A stretch of DNA of 64,000 nt from Planctomycetota bacterium (lineage in GTDB: Bacteria > Planctomycetota > B15-G4). The DNA lies in NCBI GenBank assembly GCA_965248575.1, contig CBDFJQ010000002.1, forward strand, positions 3,712,001 to 3,776,000, read 5' to 3'. Both the position numbers and the translations under genes were made by a program. Below are positions 8,626-19,300 of the stretch, in pieces (positions within the stretch are counted from its first letter, which is position 1; each line of letters begins with the position of its first letter). The notes under the pieces are model-generated. The model was not told where the DNA came from, searched no databases, and saw only the letters and a program-made list of their open reading frames with translations.

Positions 8626-9752
8626 TGCTGCACGCTGATGTCGAAGGCCCCCTGTGTCACCTGTAAGTCGCCTGCGGCGGGGTTTGGGGACTCGGGTGCG
8701 AGGGTGAGTTGAAAGGTCCCTGTGATGCGCGAGGCACTGGCCGAGGTCACGGTGATGCTCCCGGGTACCAGTCCGCCATCACCCCAGTTCGCATTCGGCT
8801 GAGTCTGCGAGGCGACGATGTTGAACAGCGGTGGGCTGGGCCCCATGTTGACCGTGAAAGGCGTGGGCGTGACACCGGGGTTGAACGGGATGGCCATGGA
8901 GATCCCGAAGGAGTCGGTGCCGACGAGCACACCCGCCGTCAGAATGCAGATGTCGATCTGACCGGTGCTGGCGTTGAAGGCCATGACCACCGAGCCCAGC
9001 TCATTCGGCCCCGCATCGAACTGGCTCAAGAGCAGGTTCTGCTCCACGCTCGCGAGGCTCATGCTGAAGGTCTCTGCGGCAGGGCCACCCCCGCCCCCGC
9101 CACCATTGTCGACGGTCAAGGCTTCTTCCAGGGTGCCTGAGCCCACCTTGGTCTGTACGACCACGTCGTACAGCTCGTCGGCGAGCTTGGGCAGCTTCAC
9201 CATGAGCAGGTTGCCGTCCGTGACTAGCTGCACCTTCGCCTTCTTCTGCTTGCCCCCGGACTCAGGCAACAGGAACACCTTGGGCTTCTTGGGACCTCCG
9301 AAGAAGCTGCCCGTGATCATGACAAGGGCTTTGGAAGTCGCGGTGCCCGGGACGAGGCCATCGACGACCGGGGCGCGCATGACGAACGCACCCTTGAAGA
9401 CCTTCTCATCGAGGAGCTTGCCCTTGGGCTTGATGTGCAGGTCGTAGAGCCCGGGGCCCGTCTTGGTCTTCTTGAAGAAGACGCTGAGGCCGGTCAAGCC
9501 GCCTCCCAGGTCCTCGAGCTCGGCCACCTTGAGCTTGGTCTTCTTGGGCTTCGGCGACCCGTCGTCGGAGCGCGTGAACCAGAGCTTGGGCTTGCCAGCA
9601 CCGAGGTCGCCCATGACCTGCATCTCGATGACCGTCCCGGTGGTCCCCTCAAGAGGCAGCAAGGACTCGACGGTCAGATCGGCGAACGCTGCGCTGCTCA
9701 GCAGCGCGAGACTCACAAGCGTGGAAAGCAGAGCGGAGCAGCAACGGCACAT
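8622..9752 (-). CDS. secreted Lys-rich Ig-like (IPT/TIG-like) protein, paralog A
   Basis: Signal peptide ending AFA-D; two Ig-like repeats with KPKL/KPKV, KKTKLKV/KKAKV and YDL/YDV motifs; poly-Gly linker; aligns end to end with 19929-21077. Confidence 0.75.
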   Translation of the reverse strand: MCRCCSALLSTLVSLALLSSAAFADLTVESLLPLEGTTGTVIEMQVMGDLGAGKPKLWFTRSDDGSPKPKKTKLKVAELEDLGGGLTGLSVFFKKTKTGPGLYDLHIKPKGKLLDEKVFKGAFVMRAPVVDGLVPGTATSKALVMITGSFFGGPKKPKVFLLPESGGKQKKAKVQLVTDGNLLMVKLPKLADELYDVVVQTKVGSGTLEEALTVDNGGGGGGGPAAETFSMSLASVEQNLLLSQFDAGPNELGSVVMAFNASTGQIDICILTAGVLVGTDSFGISMAIPFNPGVTPTPFTVNMGPSPPLFNIVASQTQPNANWGDGGLVPGSITVTSASASRITGTFQLTLAPESPNPAAGDLQVTQGAFDISVQQ

Positions 9753-9913
9753 GGATGAGGGCTCGAATCGGGTCGGCGGGAGGGGAACCTGCCGGTTCCT
9801 GCAACGAGCTGCGAAGAGCCCGTGTGCTGCACCTGCAACGGGTACTTTGGCGCCGATGCATTGCAGCCGATGCCTTGCAGGTATAGCAGATCCCGCCGAT
9901 CCTGCCCCCGTGA

Positions 9914-11689
9914 CTAGCGGGCGACGCCCGAGGCGCTCGCTGGCAGCGGCTGTCCGGCACGCAGGGAATCGATTTCTGCCCGGATCTCCCGAGCTTCCTT
10001 CTCCAGCTGCATGAGCCGCTCGTGGAGCCGGGTCGCGACCTCGGAATCGTCCTCCGCCACTCTGCGAGGGAGGGTCAGATGGAAGTCCGCGTCCATGGCG
10101 GGCTCGAGCACGGTCGGGCTCACGGCCAGCACGTTCTTGCTGGATTCGTTCGCATTCAGGTACACGCTCCCGGGAAGCAGGTTCAGGTGCTGGCCGACCT
10201 TGAGGTTGGAGTCGAGCTTCAAGATCGGGTTGGCTTCGAGCAGCAACGGGACATGTGTCACGTTCTTGTAGAGCTTCTTCGAGATGCGGTAGAGCGTGTC
10301 CCCGTGCTTCACCACATAGGTCGTGAGCTCCTGAGGCGAACTGGCACGAGGAGTCGCGGCCGGTACCAACACTCTGTGGCAGCTGGTGCACGTAGCTGAG
10401 TTCGTGTCCAGTGCGGAAGGTGTTGGGGTCGGGGACGCTTCGGGCCACACGTCAAAGGGTGGGTGCTGGAACGATGTGGCCGTGCTTTCGAAGGGCCACT
10501 CAGCCCGGGAAACGCTGGCTGCTCTGTGCGCTCGTGCGTGGCACTCGGTGCAGGTCTTTGCACTTTGGTCGACGCTCACCACGCCTGGGAGCAGCTTGTG
10601 AGCTTGCGGGTACGCCGGCTGCGTCGTTTGCACCGTGTCCACGGCGACAGCCGGCGGCGGCGGGTCTTGCGCCTGGACGTCGATCATCAGGAAGGCGCCC
10701 GCGGCGAGAGCTGCTGCGGGCAGGGACATCACGAAGGGGATCTTCATGGGTTGGTGCTCCTTGTCGAGGATGTGGGCAATGCGGTCCACCAGAGGCGTGC
10801 GGCTCATGGCGATGGCGAGGGAGTCGGCCGGTCGTGGGGCGCAGGCCAGGCTCAAGAGCGTGCGCGCGTAGAGGTCCGGGCTACCGAACTTCCGCACGAC
10901 GATCTCGTCGCAGCAGAGTTCGCGTTCGTGACGCAGCCAGCGAGAAATCCACCAAGCAGCGGGCTGGAAGAACAGCGCACAGCCCAGCACGCGTTGAACC
11001 ATGTTGACCAAGTTGTCGTGGCGCTGGATGTGCACGAACTCGTGCAGCAACACCAGGTCCAGCTCCGCCTCCGACCAGCGTTGGAGGGGAACGGTGGGCA
11101 GGAGGACGAGCGGCCGGAAGATGCCCAGCACCAAGGGGGAAGCAATGGAATCGGATGTCGCAACGCGAATGGAACGCTTCAGCCCCAGGCTGCCGGCGAC
11201 GATCGCCGCCCGCTCCGTGACACGCCCGCAACGAATCCGGCGAGCCTTGCGGGAGAGGGACCAGAGCGCAACGGCTCCGAGGGCCAGGAGCAGCAGACCT
11301 CCCCCGGTGCCCGCCATCCAGAGGTAGGGGAGTGACTCCCTCAGGGGTGTGAGCCAGCGCGCCTGAGGTGGCGTCGATGCAGCGGACATCACGCCGAACA
11401 GACTGTCTGCCGCTGGCCGCTGTGAAGCGCTTGGGGGAAGGGGCTCGGTGTTGGTTGGCGCTGCAGGAAGCGTGCCTGCAGTGGTCGCGTCGGTTGGTTT
11501 GTCGCCGACGATGGCGTAGGTCAGCGGGAGCGAGAGTGTCAGGCTTGCGAGCAACACGAGGGCGAACCCGTAACGCGTGCGGGGGCGTGGGAGGCGGCAC
11601 GAGAAGAACGCCAAGCCGATCACAAGGGCGCCAATCCAGAGCCCGTGGATGAGCGTCCAACCGAAAGTCCAGAGCACGGTTTCGGTCAT
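9914..11689 (-). CDS. BlaR1/MecR1-like M56 peptidase sensor with two CxxCH motifs and a LysM domain
   Basis: GWTLIHGLW, SPLVLGIFRPLVLLP, HEFVHIQRHD, RELCCDE; then a TM helix, CTECH, CTSCH, LysM (YVVKHGDTLYRIS..ANP..LKVGQHL) and a coiled-coil tail. Confidence 0.88.
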   Translation of the reverse strand: MTETVLWTFGWTLIHGLWIGALVIGLAFFSCRLPRPRTRYGFALVLLASLTLSLPLTYAIVGDKPTDATTAGTLPAAPTNTEPLPPSASQRPAADSLFGVMSAASTPPQARWLTPLRESLPYLWMAGTGGGLLLLALGAVALWSLSRKARRIRCGRVTERAAIVAGSLGLKRSIRVATSDSIASPLVLGIFRPLVLLPTVPLQRWSEAELDLVLLHEFVHIQRHDNLVNMVQRVLGCALFFQPAAWWISRWLRHERELCCDEIVVRKFGSPDLYARTLLSLACAPRPADSLAIAMSRTPLVDRIAHILDKEHQPMKIPFVMSLPAAALAAGAFLMIDVQAQDPPPPAVAVDTVQTTQPAYPQAHKLLPGVVSVDQSAKTCTECHARAHRAASVSRAEWPFESTATSFQHPPFDVWPEASPTPTPSALDTNSATCTSCHRVLVPAATPRASSPQELTTYVVKHGDTLYRISKKLYKNVTHVPLLLEANPILKLDSNLKVGQHLNLLPGSVYLNANESSKNVLAVSPTVLEPAMDADFHLTLPRRVAEDDSEVATRLHERLMQLEKEAREIRAEIDSLRAGQPLPASASGVAR

Positions 11690-12108
11690 GAGCCAGACCT
11701 CCCTTTGCCACCGGCTCCCGGGGGCGTGGGGTCCGGCCCGTCGCTCAACATGCGCAGGATCTCTTCGCGGTCTTCAGCGCTGAGCTTGCCGTCGGCCACC
11801 ATGTGCGCCACGAGGCCCTGCGCGGAACCTTCGAAGGCCGAGGAGATGAGCTTGCGCAGCAACTTGCGTTGCGTGACGCGCCGGCTCACCCGCGAGGACC
11901 AGAGGTAGCCCCGGTCGCCCTTGGCGCGTTTCACCAGCTCCTTGTCCATCATGACCTTGAGCATGGTGGCCACCGTGGTTGTGGCGACCTCCTTGTATTC
12001 GCGCAGGGCGCGGCACACGGCGCCCAGCTCGGCGGGCCCTTGGTCCCAGAGGATGGTCAGGATCTCGAGCTCGCCCTGGGTGGGTTCCTGGCTGAGGGGG
12101 CGTGGCAT
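11686..12108 (-). CDS. BlaI/MecI/CopY-family transcriptional repressor
   Basis: ELEILTILW, TTVATMLKVM..K.LV.R, FEGSAQGLV..LS.ED; ATGA-coupled to the M56 gene; GGAG RBS before ATG 12108. Confidence 0.92.
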   Translation of the reverse strand: MPRPLSQEPTQGELEILTILWDQGPAELGAVCRALREYKEVATTTVATMLKVMMDKELVKRAKGDRGYLWSSRVSRRVTQRKLLRKLISSAFEGSAQGLVAHMVADGKLSAEDREEILRMLSDGPDPTPPGAGGKGRSGS

Positions 12109-12131
12109 GGGTGCTCCGGCTGGCGAGGATT

Positions 12132-12159
12132 GTGTTCTGGTTCTAAAGAAATAGAACAC
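12132..12159. promoter_or_regulatory. candidate BlaI-type operator (inverted repeat)
   Basis: AT-rich GTTCTA-AAGAAA-TAGAAC (12140-12157), overlapping a second pairing GTGTTCT...AGAACAC (12132-12159), about 25-50 bp upstream of the repressor start. Confidence 0.55.
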
Positions 12160-12257
12160 GAAAGCTGGAGACGCGCAAGAAGGCACTCGGAATTCGCTGT
12201 AGCAGAGGGGCTGAAGCGTGCTTCAGCGGGTCGCAGGGAGCATGCCGTGGCCGCCTC

Positions 12258-12689
12258 TCAGGCCGGCGCGAGCTTGTCGCCGAAGTTCTGCTCAAAATAC
12301 TCCACGCGCTGACGGCCTGCCTCGGTTTGGGTGGCGGCCCACTCCACGGCCTTGAAGGCGGTGGGGGACGCGCCGCGCATCTGCTCGAGGAAGGGGCGCA
12401 CCTTCACCCACAGCAGGATGCCCTCGCCGCCGTTCTCCACCAGCAGTTCTGCGTCGATGATGCCGCGCAGGCCGAAGCCGAAGACCATCTCCCAATAGGT
12501 GGCCACCTGGCGGAAGGCCGCGTTGTCGGGGTGCGAGAAGTCGCGGATGGCGACGAACTCGTCCCAGGTCTTGGGCCAGAAGCCGAAGCTGATGGCGTCG
12601 CGGGACTTGCGCATGACCTCCTCGCGCCGGATCTCGTACAGGCGGAGGATCAGGTCGGCTTCCTGGATGCTGGGCGTGTTGCTGGTCAT
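12258..12689 (-). CDS. conserved hypothetical protein (DUF4760-like)
   Basis: ADLILRLYEIRREEVMR, RQVATYWEM; codon usage typical of the window. Confidence 0.65.
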   Translation of the reverse strand: MTSNTPSIQEADLILRLYEIRREEVMRKSRDAISFGFWPKTWDEFVAIRDFSHPDNAAFRQVATYWEMVFGFGLRGIIDAELLVENGGEGILLWVKVRPFLEQMRGASPTAFKAVEWAATQTEAGRQRVEYFEQNFGDKLAPA

Positions 12690-12863
12690 GGCGTGAGTTC
12701 CGTTCGGGAGAGAGGCTGCGTCGGGGGCCGATCATTCCAGGGTGGGCCGGGAAGCGCCAGGAGAGAGGTGTGCTCCACGCCGATCCCTTCGACTTGCAGG
12801 CTCACTCTGTCCAATGCCGTACGCTTCACGACTCCCTGAACAGAATCGACTCGGAGAGGCTGC

Positions 12864-14360
12864 ATGAGCTGCGGATGGCGTGCGCGGGTTTGGATCGTTG
12901 TGGGTCTGCTTGGGTTGGCTGCCTGCAACTCGCCCGGTCATGGCCTGGAGAGCCGCCCACCGAACATCGTGTTCATTCTCGCGGACGATCTCGGCTTCGG
13001 TGAGCTGGGCTCCTACGGGCAGCAGAAGATTCGCACACCGCACCTGGATCGCCTGGCTGCGGAGGGTATGCGCTTCACGCAACACATCGCAGGCAGCGCC
13101 GTTTGCGCCCCGTCGCGTTGTGTGTTGATGACAGGGCTGCACCCGGGACACGCACAGGTACGGGATAACAAGGAGGTGAAGCCCGAGGGCCAGATGGCGC
13201 TGGTCGAGGGCACGCTGACCGTGGCGAGGGCGCTCCAGGAACGCGGGTACGTGACCGGCGCCTTCGGAAAGTGGGGCCTCGGGGCGCCGGGCTCGGTGGG
13301 CGAACCCTTGCAGCAGGGCTTCGAGCGTTTCTATGGCTACAACTGCCAACGCGTCGCGCACAACTACTACCCCACCTCGCTCTGGGACGACGCGAAGCCG
13401 GTGGTGCTCAACAACCCGGCCTTCCCCGCGCACGATCGCCTTCGAGACGACGAAGACCCGTCGCAGGCCGAGTCCTTCGCTCGCTTCGTGGGCGAGGACT
13501 ACGCGCCCGACCTCATCAGCGAGCAGGCCCTGGCGTTCGTGGACCAACACGCTGACGAACCGTTCTTCCTCTACTGGCCCACGGTGGTGCCGCACCTGGC
13601 GTTGCAGGTGCCCGAAGATTCCTTGGCGGAGTACGAGGGGCTTTGGGAAGACGCACCCTACGTCGGGGGCAAGGGCTATCTGCCGCACCCGTCACCGCGC
13701 GCGGCCTACGCGGCAATGATCACGCGCATGGATCGCGACATCGGTCGACTCATGCAACGCCTCGAAGAACTTGGGCTCGAGAACGACACGCTGTTCGTCT
13801 TCACGAGCGACAACGGGCCCACCTACGATCGACTTGGCGGTTCCGACAGCGAGTTCTTTGAAAGCGCCGCAGGTTTGAGTGGCTTGAAGGGCTCCTTGGG
13901 CGAAGGAGGCGTGCGCGTGCCGTGCATCGTGCGGCTGCCCGGAGTGATCGAGGCCGGCACGACCTCGGATCGCCTGACAGGCTTTGAGGATTGGCTGCCG
14001 ACGCTGCTCGCGCTGGCCGGTGCAGACGGCCTGGCCACAGGCAGCACGGATGGGCTCAGTTTTCTGCCGACCCTGAGCGGTGAGTCGCAGGAGGCTCGGC
14101 CGTTCCTCTACCGGGAGTTCGCTGGATACGGGGGACAGCAATCCGTGCGCGTGGATCGATGGAAGGCGGTGCGGCGCCGACTGAAGGCCCAAGAAGCGGG
14201 GCAGAGCATCGTCACCGAGCTCTACGACCTGCGGACGGACCCCGGAGAAACAACCGATGTCGCCGGGGAGTATCCCGATGTGTTGGCACGGCTGGAGCAG
14301 TTGATGCGCGCCGAACACGAGACGAGCCCGCACTTCCCCATGCCTGTGCTGGACGGCTGA
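12864..14360 (+). CDS. arylsulfatase (formylglycine-dependent, Cys type), probable lipoprotein
   Basis: LAAC lipobox, PNIVFILADDLG, CAPSRCVLMTG signature, GKWGLG, FTSDNG. Confidence 0.93.
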   Translation: MSCGWRARVWIVVGLLGLAACNSPGHGLESRPPNIVFILADDLGFGELGSYGQQKIRTPHLDRLAAEGMRFTQHIAGSAVCAPSRCVLMTGLHPGHAQVRDNKEVKPEGQMALVEGTLTVARALQERGYVTGAFGKWGLGAPGSVGEPLQQGFERFYGYNCQRVAHNYYPTSLWDDAKPVVLNNPAFPAHDRLRDDEDPSQAESFARFVGEDYAPDLISEQALAFVDQHADEPFFLYWPTVVPHLALQVPEDSLAEYEGLWEDAPYVGGKGYLPHPSPRAAYAAMITRMDRDIGRLMQRLEELGLENDTLFVFTSDNGPTYDRLGGSDSEFFESAAGLSGLKGSLGEGGVRVPCIVRLPGVIEAGTTSDRLTGFEDWLPTLLALAGADGLATGSTDGLSFLPTLSGESQEARPFLYREFAGYGGQQSVRVDRWKAVRRRLKAQEAGQSIVTELYDLRTDPGETTDVAGEYPDVLARLEQLMRAEHETSPHFPMPVLDG

Positions 14361-14429
14361 GCCCGGCCCGGCATCGCCAGAGCAGCCGCTGGCTGGTAGA
14401 ACGTGCCCTTCTCTCAGGAGGAGACCCGC

Positions 14430-16286
14430 ATGAGCGACCCCGGCAGCGACTCGAATGGCGAGCAGGACACGCGCCTCGACAACCACGGATCCTTCTGGCC
14501 GAAGCTCCGGCCTAGTGAGTGGCTGACCTTTGCGGCGCTCGCGGGCGCACTTGCCGCGGCGAACATCTACACGACCTTGCTCATCGGGTGGGGTGACACG
14601 GGCTCCATCATCGCGGTGCTGGGTTCGGTGCTCGTGCTCGGTCTGATCGGTGGGCGCATGCATTCCGTGCACACCATCAACCTGGGCCAGACCATGGCGA
14701 GCGCTGGTGGCTCCATGGGGTTCGCCATGGCGAGCTACGCCGCCGTCTACCTGCTGGACCCCGAGTTCGTGGAGGCCTACAAGCCGGACCCCTTCACGCT
14801 CTTCCTCATGTTCTGCGTCATGGGTTGGATGGGCGCGATGGTGGGCTCGAGCGTGCGCCGGGCCATGGTGGGCTACTTCTTCCCATCGGGTACGGCCTGC
14901 GCGGTGATCCAGGACACGGTCACGAAGCCCGTGGCCCCAGGTGAGCGCAACCGCCCTGTCTTCCTGCTGAAGATCTGGGGCAGCCTGGCCGCCGTGCTCG
15001 CGACCCTCAAGCTCGCAGCCTTCAAGGACCCGGTCCAAGGCGGGCACGCCCTGCTGCAAGACATCAAGTGGAAGGTGAGCTCGGTGAACGGTGTCGAGCG
15101 GATGCTTGGCTTGGGCACCGACGTGCTCTTCTACGGCATCGGTCTGGTGGTGGGCCCGCGCGTCGGGCTCGGCATGGTGATCGGTGCGTTGGCGGGGCCC
15201 TTCGTGATCCTGCCGTCGTTGGCGGGGACGGTGCCCGACGACACGCTCGGCGCGGCTTTCGGCGACTGGAATCTGTGGATGGCCATCGCCGTGATGACCT
15301 TGCCCACGTTTGCGGCGATCCTCTTCGCCTACAGGTTCAAGGTGCCGCCGGTGATTCCACCGGGCTTCCACCCAGGCAAGACGGCCTACAACGCGCCGGA
15401 TGGTGCACGCGTGCGCACGGCCTTCATCGTGATCGTGGCGGCGGGTGTCCTGGCGTGGACGGCGCAGACCATCTTCGAGATCCAGTGGTACGTGGTCTTC
15501 GCCACGATGCTGCTCGCCTGGCCGCTGTGCGTCATCAATGGGCGCGTGGCCGGGGACACGGACATCAACCCCGTGCGCCTCGTGGCCATCGTGTTCCTGG
15601 CGGGTTTCTTCTGGATGGTGGAGAGCGGCAACCAGCTGGCGATCATGGGCATGGCGGTGCTGGCCGGGACCATGGCCGCCGTGGCCGTGGACATGCTGCA
15701 GGACTACCGCACCGGCTACCTCGTGGACGCCAACCCGACGCACCAGACAGCGGTGCAGCTGGTGGGCACGGTGATCGGTGCCGCCGTGGCGGTGCCGACG
15801 TTGACGGTGCTCATGGAGACCATGGGGGGTATCGGCCCGGAGACCACGCTCAAGGCGCCAGGGGCACAAGCCTGGTCCGGCGTGGCCAAGGCCGCGGCGA
15901 ACGGGCGCGATTGGCCCGAGGGACAGGTGGCCTGGCTGATCGGCGTGAGCCTGTTCTTCTGCGGCTACGCCTGGCTCACGGTGTGGCCCAAGACCGCGAA
16001 GTGGATGCCGTCACTGTTCGGTATCGGCATCGGCATGCTGCTCGGAGTCGATGCCTGCGCAGCGATCTTTGCAGGCGGCCTGCTGAAGAGCCTCGTCACC
16101 TTGTTCTACACGAAGGGTACGAGCGGCGACGCTCGGGCCGAGTCCTTGGACAAGGCCGGCAACGACACGATGCTGGTGGGGGCGTCCATCTTCGCTGCCG
16201 CGGCCATCATGAGCGTGGGTCTGGTCTTCGGCGAGTCCTTGCTCGACGCCATGGGTGTGCACTTCTACTGGGTCGGCGGGCACTGA
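14430..16286 (+). CDS. OPT/YSL-family oligopeptide or metal-chelate transporter
   Basis: Many TM helices; NLGQTMASA, FPSGTACA, GDTDINP, DMLQDYRTGYLVDANP, APGAQAW; AGGAGG RBS. Confidence 0.85.
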   Translation: MSDPGSDSNGEQDTRLDNHGSFWPKLRPSEWLTFAALAGALAAANIYTTLLIGWGDTGSIIAVLGSVLVLGLIGGRMHSVHTINLGQTMASAGGSMGFAMASYAAVYLLDPEFVEAYKPDPFTLFLMFCVMGWMGAMVGSSVRRAMVGYFFPSGTACAVIQDTVTKPVAPGERNRPVFLLKIWGSLAAVLATLKLAAFKDPVQGGHALLQDIKWKVSSVNGVERMLGLGTDVLFYGIGLVVGPRVGLGMVIGALAGPFVILPSLAGTVPDDTLGAAFGDWNLWMAIAVMTLPTFAAILFAYRFKVPPVIPPGFHPGKTAYNAPDGARVRTAFIVIVAAGVLAWTAQTIFEIQWYVVFATMLLAWPLCVINGRVAGDTDINPVRLVAIVFLAGFFWMVESGNQLAIMGMAVLAGTMAAVAVDMLQDYRTGYLVDANPTHQTAVQLVGTVIGAAVAVPTLTVLMETMGGIGPETTLKAPGAQAWSGVAKAAANGRDWPEGQVAWLIGVSLFFCGYAWLTVWPKTAKWMPSLFGIGIGMLLGVDACAAIFAGGLLKSLVTLFYTKGTSGDARAESLDKAGNDTMLVGASIFAAAAIMSVGLVFGESLLDAMGVHFYWVGGH

Positions 16287-16319
16287 TCGACACCCGCTGA
16301 CAGCCCCGCTTCCGATGGC

Positions 16320-19300
16320 TTACGAAAAGAAGATGAGGTAGAGCACCAGGGCCAGCAGAGCCAACAACAGCAGCCATCCGATGCGAATCGACGACGTGTC
16401 GTCGGACAAGTCATCGCCGCCCGAGCCTGTGCCCCCAGGGTCGGGGCCGGGGCTATCTTGGGGGACGAAAGGCTTCTGCTTGTCGGGGTCCACGACGACG
16501 GTCGGGCTGGAGCTGGGCAGGCCATCCCCGGCGCCCTCCCCGCCCTCGTACGCAGCGCGAATGTCATGGTCGCCGGTCGTCAGGTCGCTGGTGTCGAAGC
16601 ACGCGCGTCCCTTGGCGTCGAGGGTGGCGAGGGAACTTTCGGCGACACCGTCCACGAAGAAGCGCACCTGGCCCTTCGGAGTTGGACGGCCGCTTGTCAG
16701 GCGCAGCACGATGGCCGTGACGCCGATGCGCCCGGCGAGCTCTGGGCAACGGGCGCCCTCCACCAGCTGCACGCGGGTGCCCCGCAGCTTGAGGTCCTGT
16801 GCGAAGAGGTAGCCCTCGGCGAAGCTTTCGTCCCCCGTGGTGGCGACGTCGAAGACGCAATCGGTGTGCAGGCCATCGAGGGTCACGGCTTGGCAGACCT
16901 GCTCAGCCTGTGCCAGCGGCATGCCGGCCGGAAGTGGTACGCCAGGCATCTCGAAGCCGGGCTGGAGCACGCAGGGTGGGGACTCGGCGGGCCAACCCCT
17001 GTCGGTGAAGGTGGCGGTGGAGGTGTCGCGCTCGTAGACGAACAGGCTGCTGGCATCGTCCACGCGCCAGGAGTCGGCGAAGGTCTTGTAGAGCTGTTCG
17101 TAGCGCTTGCTGAGGCTTGCGGGCATGGAACCCACGGTCGCACCGCTCGAAAGTGTGGGCAGCCAGCTGTGTTGAGGGATGCTGCCCATGAGCCCCTCGT
17201 CTGCCTGCGTGTTGCTGACGCTGACGTCCATGTACCAGACGCTGTGGCTCGTCCAGAACCTCGGTGTGACGGTGAGCACTGCGTGTTGCGCGTAGTCCAC
17301 CCGCAGGCCCAGCTCTCCATCGGAGTCGAAGGTGCTGATGCGATGACCGCCTGGGAGATCAAGCCCACTCGTGGGCAGTTGGGCTGGCTTGCCGTTGAGG
17401 TAGAACTGGAGGCCGTCACCTTCGCGGTTCGGTTGGTAGCTGAGGTGATGGCCACCGACCCGGGCCGCGACGGCGGTGTTCAGGCTGACGCAGGTCTTGA
17501 GCCCGGAGTGGCTGTCCGTGATGGGGTTGGCCGTGAGCACGGGTGTTTGGCGCGTCTGCACTTCGAGATCCATCCGGTCGCGCAGGGCGATGAATTCGCC
17601 GACCGCCTGGAAGTCATAGCGCTGGCCGTCCACGGTGTGGATATGAGGGTCGCCGTTGTCGGATCCGTCGTCCGTGCCTCCGATCTTCAACCGGAAGACG
17701 GTCTGGTCCCTGCGGCCGTTGCCGTCCTCCGCAGTGATGAAGACGAAAGTGATGAGCTCGACCGTCATTCCGGTGCTGTCGAACTCCCAATCCCAGGTGC
17801 CGGCGACGGGGTCGCTGGCCAGCACACCCAACGAGGTCGTCAGGTTGACGGTCTCACCAGGGTCGGGGTGGCCGAAGGTGCCGTGGCGTTCGGCAAGGGC
17901 ATCGAACGGGGCGTAGGCCCAGGAGCCACCCACATCCACGAAGGGCTTCTCGCCGCCGCCGTTCGCGGTGACGACGAGCTCGCTGATCATGCCCTGGTGA
18001 GCGTGGAAGAAGATGTGGCAGTGGAACAGCCAGCGGCCAAAGGCCCCGCCCATGGTCGTGCCGTCGTGCAGCGGCCGGTCGGCGAAGTGCACGCGGGCCG
18101 TGAGCACGTACTGGCTGGGGACATCGATGTTGTCGCGGTATTCGACGTAGGCCCAGACGTAGCTCCCCGAACCAGCAGGTGCGCCCGACCCTGGGGTGAG
18201 GGAGATCGGTTGCACCGAGAAGCCGTGCATGTGGAAGGGGTGATGCGCCCCGGTGGTGTTGCTGACCGTGAGTTCTACAGAGGTGTCGAACTCGCCGTAG
18301 CGCGCCGAGCCGAAGTGGGGCTTGGCGCTGTAGGGGCCGGCACCACCGGTGGAGCTGCCGATGCCGTTGATGCCCAGCACGCCCCCGGCATTCGTGAGCT
18401 GGATGTCCGGGGTCGAAAGGCCCGGCTTGGTCGGGCTGAAGCTCCCCGGGTCGAGCACGGACCCGAAGGGCCCTGGGAGCGACGTCAGGCTCGCCCCTGC
18501 AACTGAGGAGAGCAGTGCAGTGCCCGCGCCGATCGTGTAGGGCGTCCTCGTGCCGGTGACCTCAAAGTGGGCCACGGGTTGGGTCGGGATGACCGAGTAT
18601 CCCGCCCCCGTGCGCTCCAGGTCCTGGGTCCAGAGAGTGAGAGTGCCCGTGGCCGACGCCGGGATGGCGGCCACGAAATCCGCCCGGCTCGCCGGGGGGA
18701 GCATGATCTCGCCGGAGGTGATCTTGGTGTCGAATCCACTGAGCACGCCGCCTTCCACCACGGCGTCATTCAGCAGCCCGCCCTCCCCGCCGATGCGCAC
18801 GAGAGGGACCTGTGCTCCCGTAGAGGTCGTGAGGATCAACCGGAAGAAGCGGGTGGTCGCCGCGTTGACCACCTGCATGCGAAGGCCCTGGCCCGCGTCG
18901 ACGGGGCGGGTGAGGGCCGCCGCTCCCAGGGCCCCTGGCGCCGAGGGCTCACCTGCACGAGCGCCGACGTTGACGCCGTTGGTCAGGATCGTCTGGCCTT
19001 CGTTGGTGCGGCCGGGGCCCGCACGTTGGATGTTGGGCACATCGCCGGCGGCAAAGGGCCCCGACGCAGCACTGCCGTCTTCATTCAGCGGGCTGAGTTC
19101 GCACAGGTCTTCGGGGGAGGGGCCCGGTTGGACTGTGCTGCTGCTCAGGAAGGGGAGCGCGGGGTTATAGGTTGCCGAGTCGTTGTCCATCACCGCCTTG
19201 CAGACCGTGATGTCGCTGAGCAGCAACGGCAAGGTGTCGGCCGCAGCGGGAATCGTGCCGGCTGAGACGAGGGTTGCCTCGTTGGGGTCCGTGACAACGA

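Noticed and set aside
8622..10448. 608-aa ORF
   Set aside because: Its N-terminal 232 aa overlap the M56 gene in another frame; the signal peptide and paralog alignment place the start at 9752.
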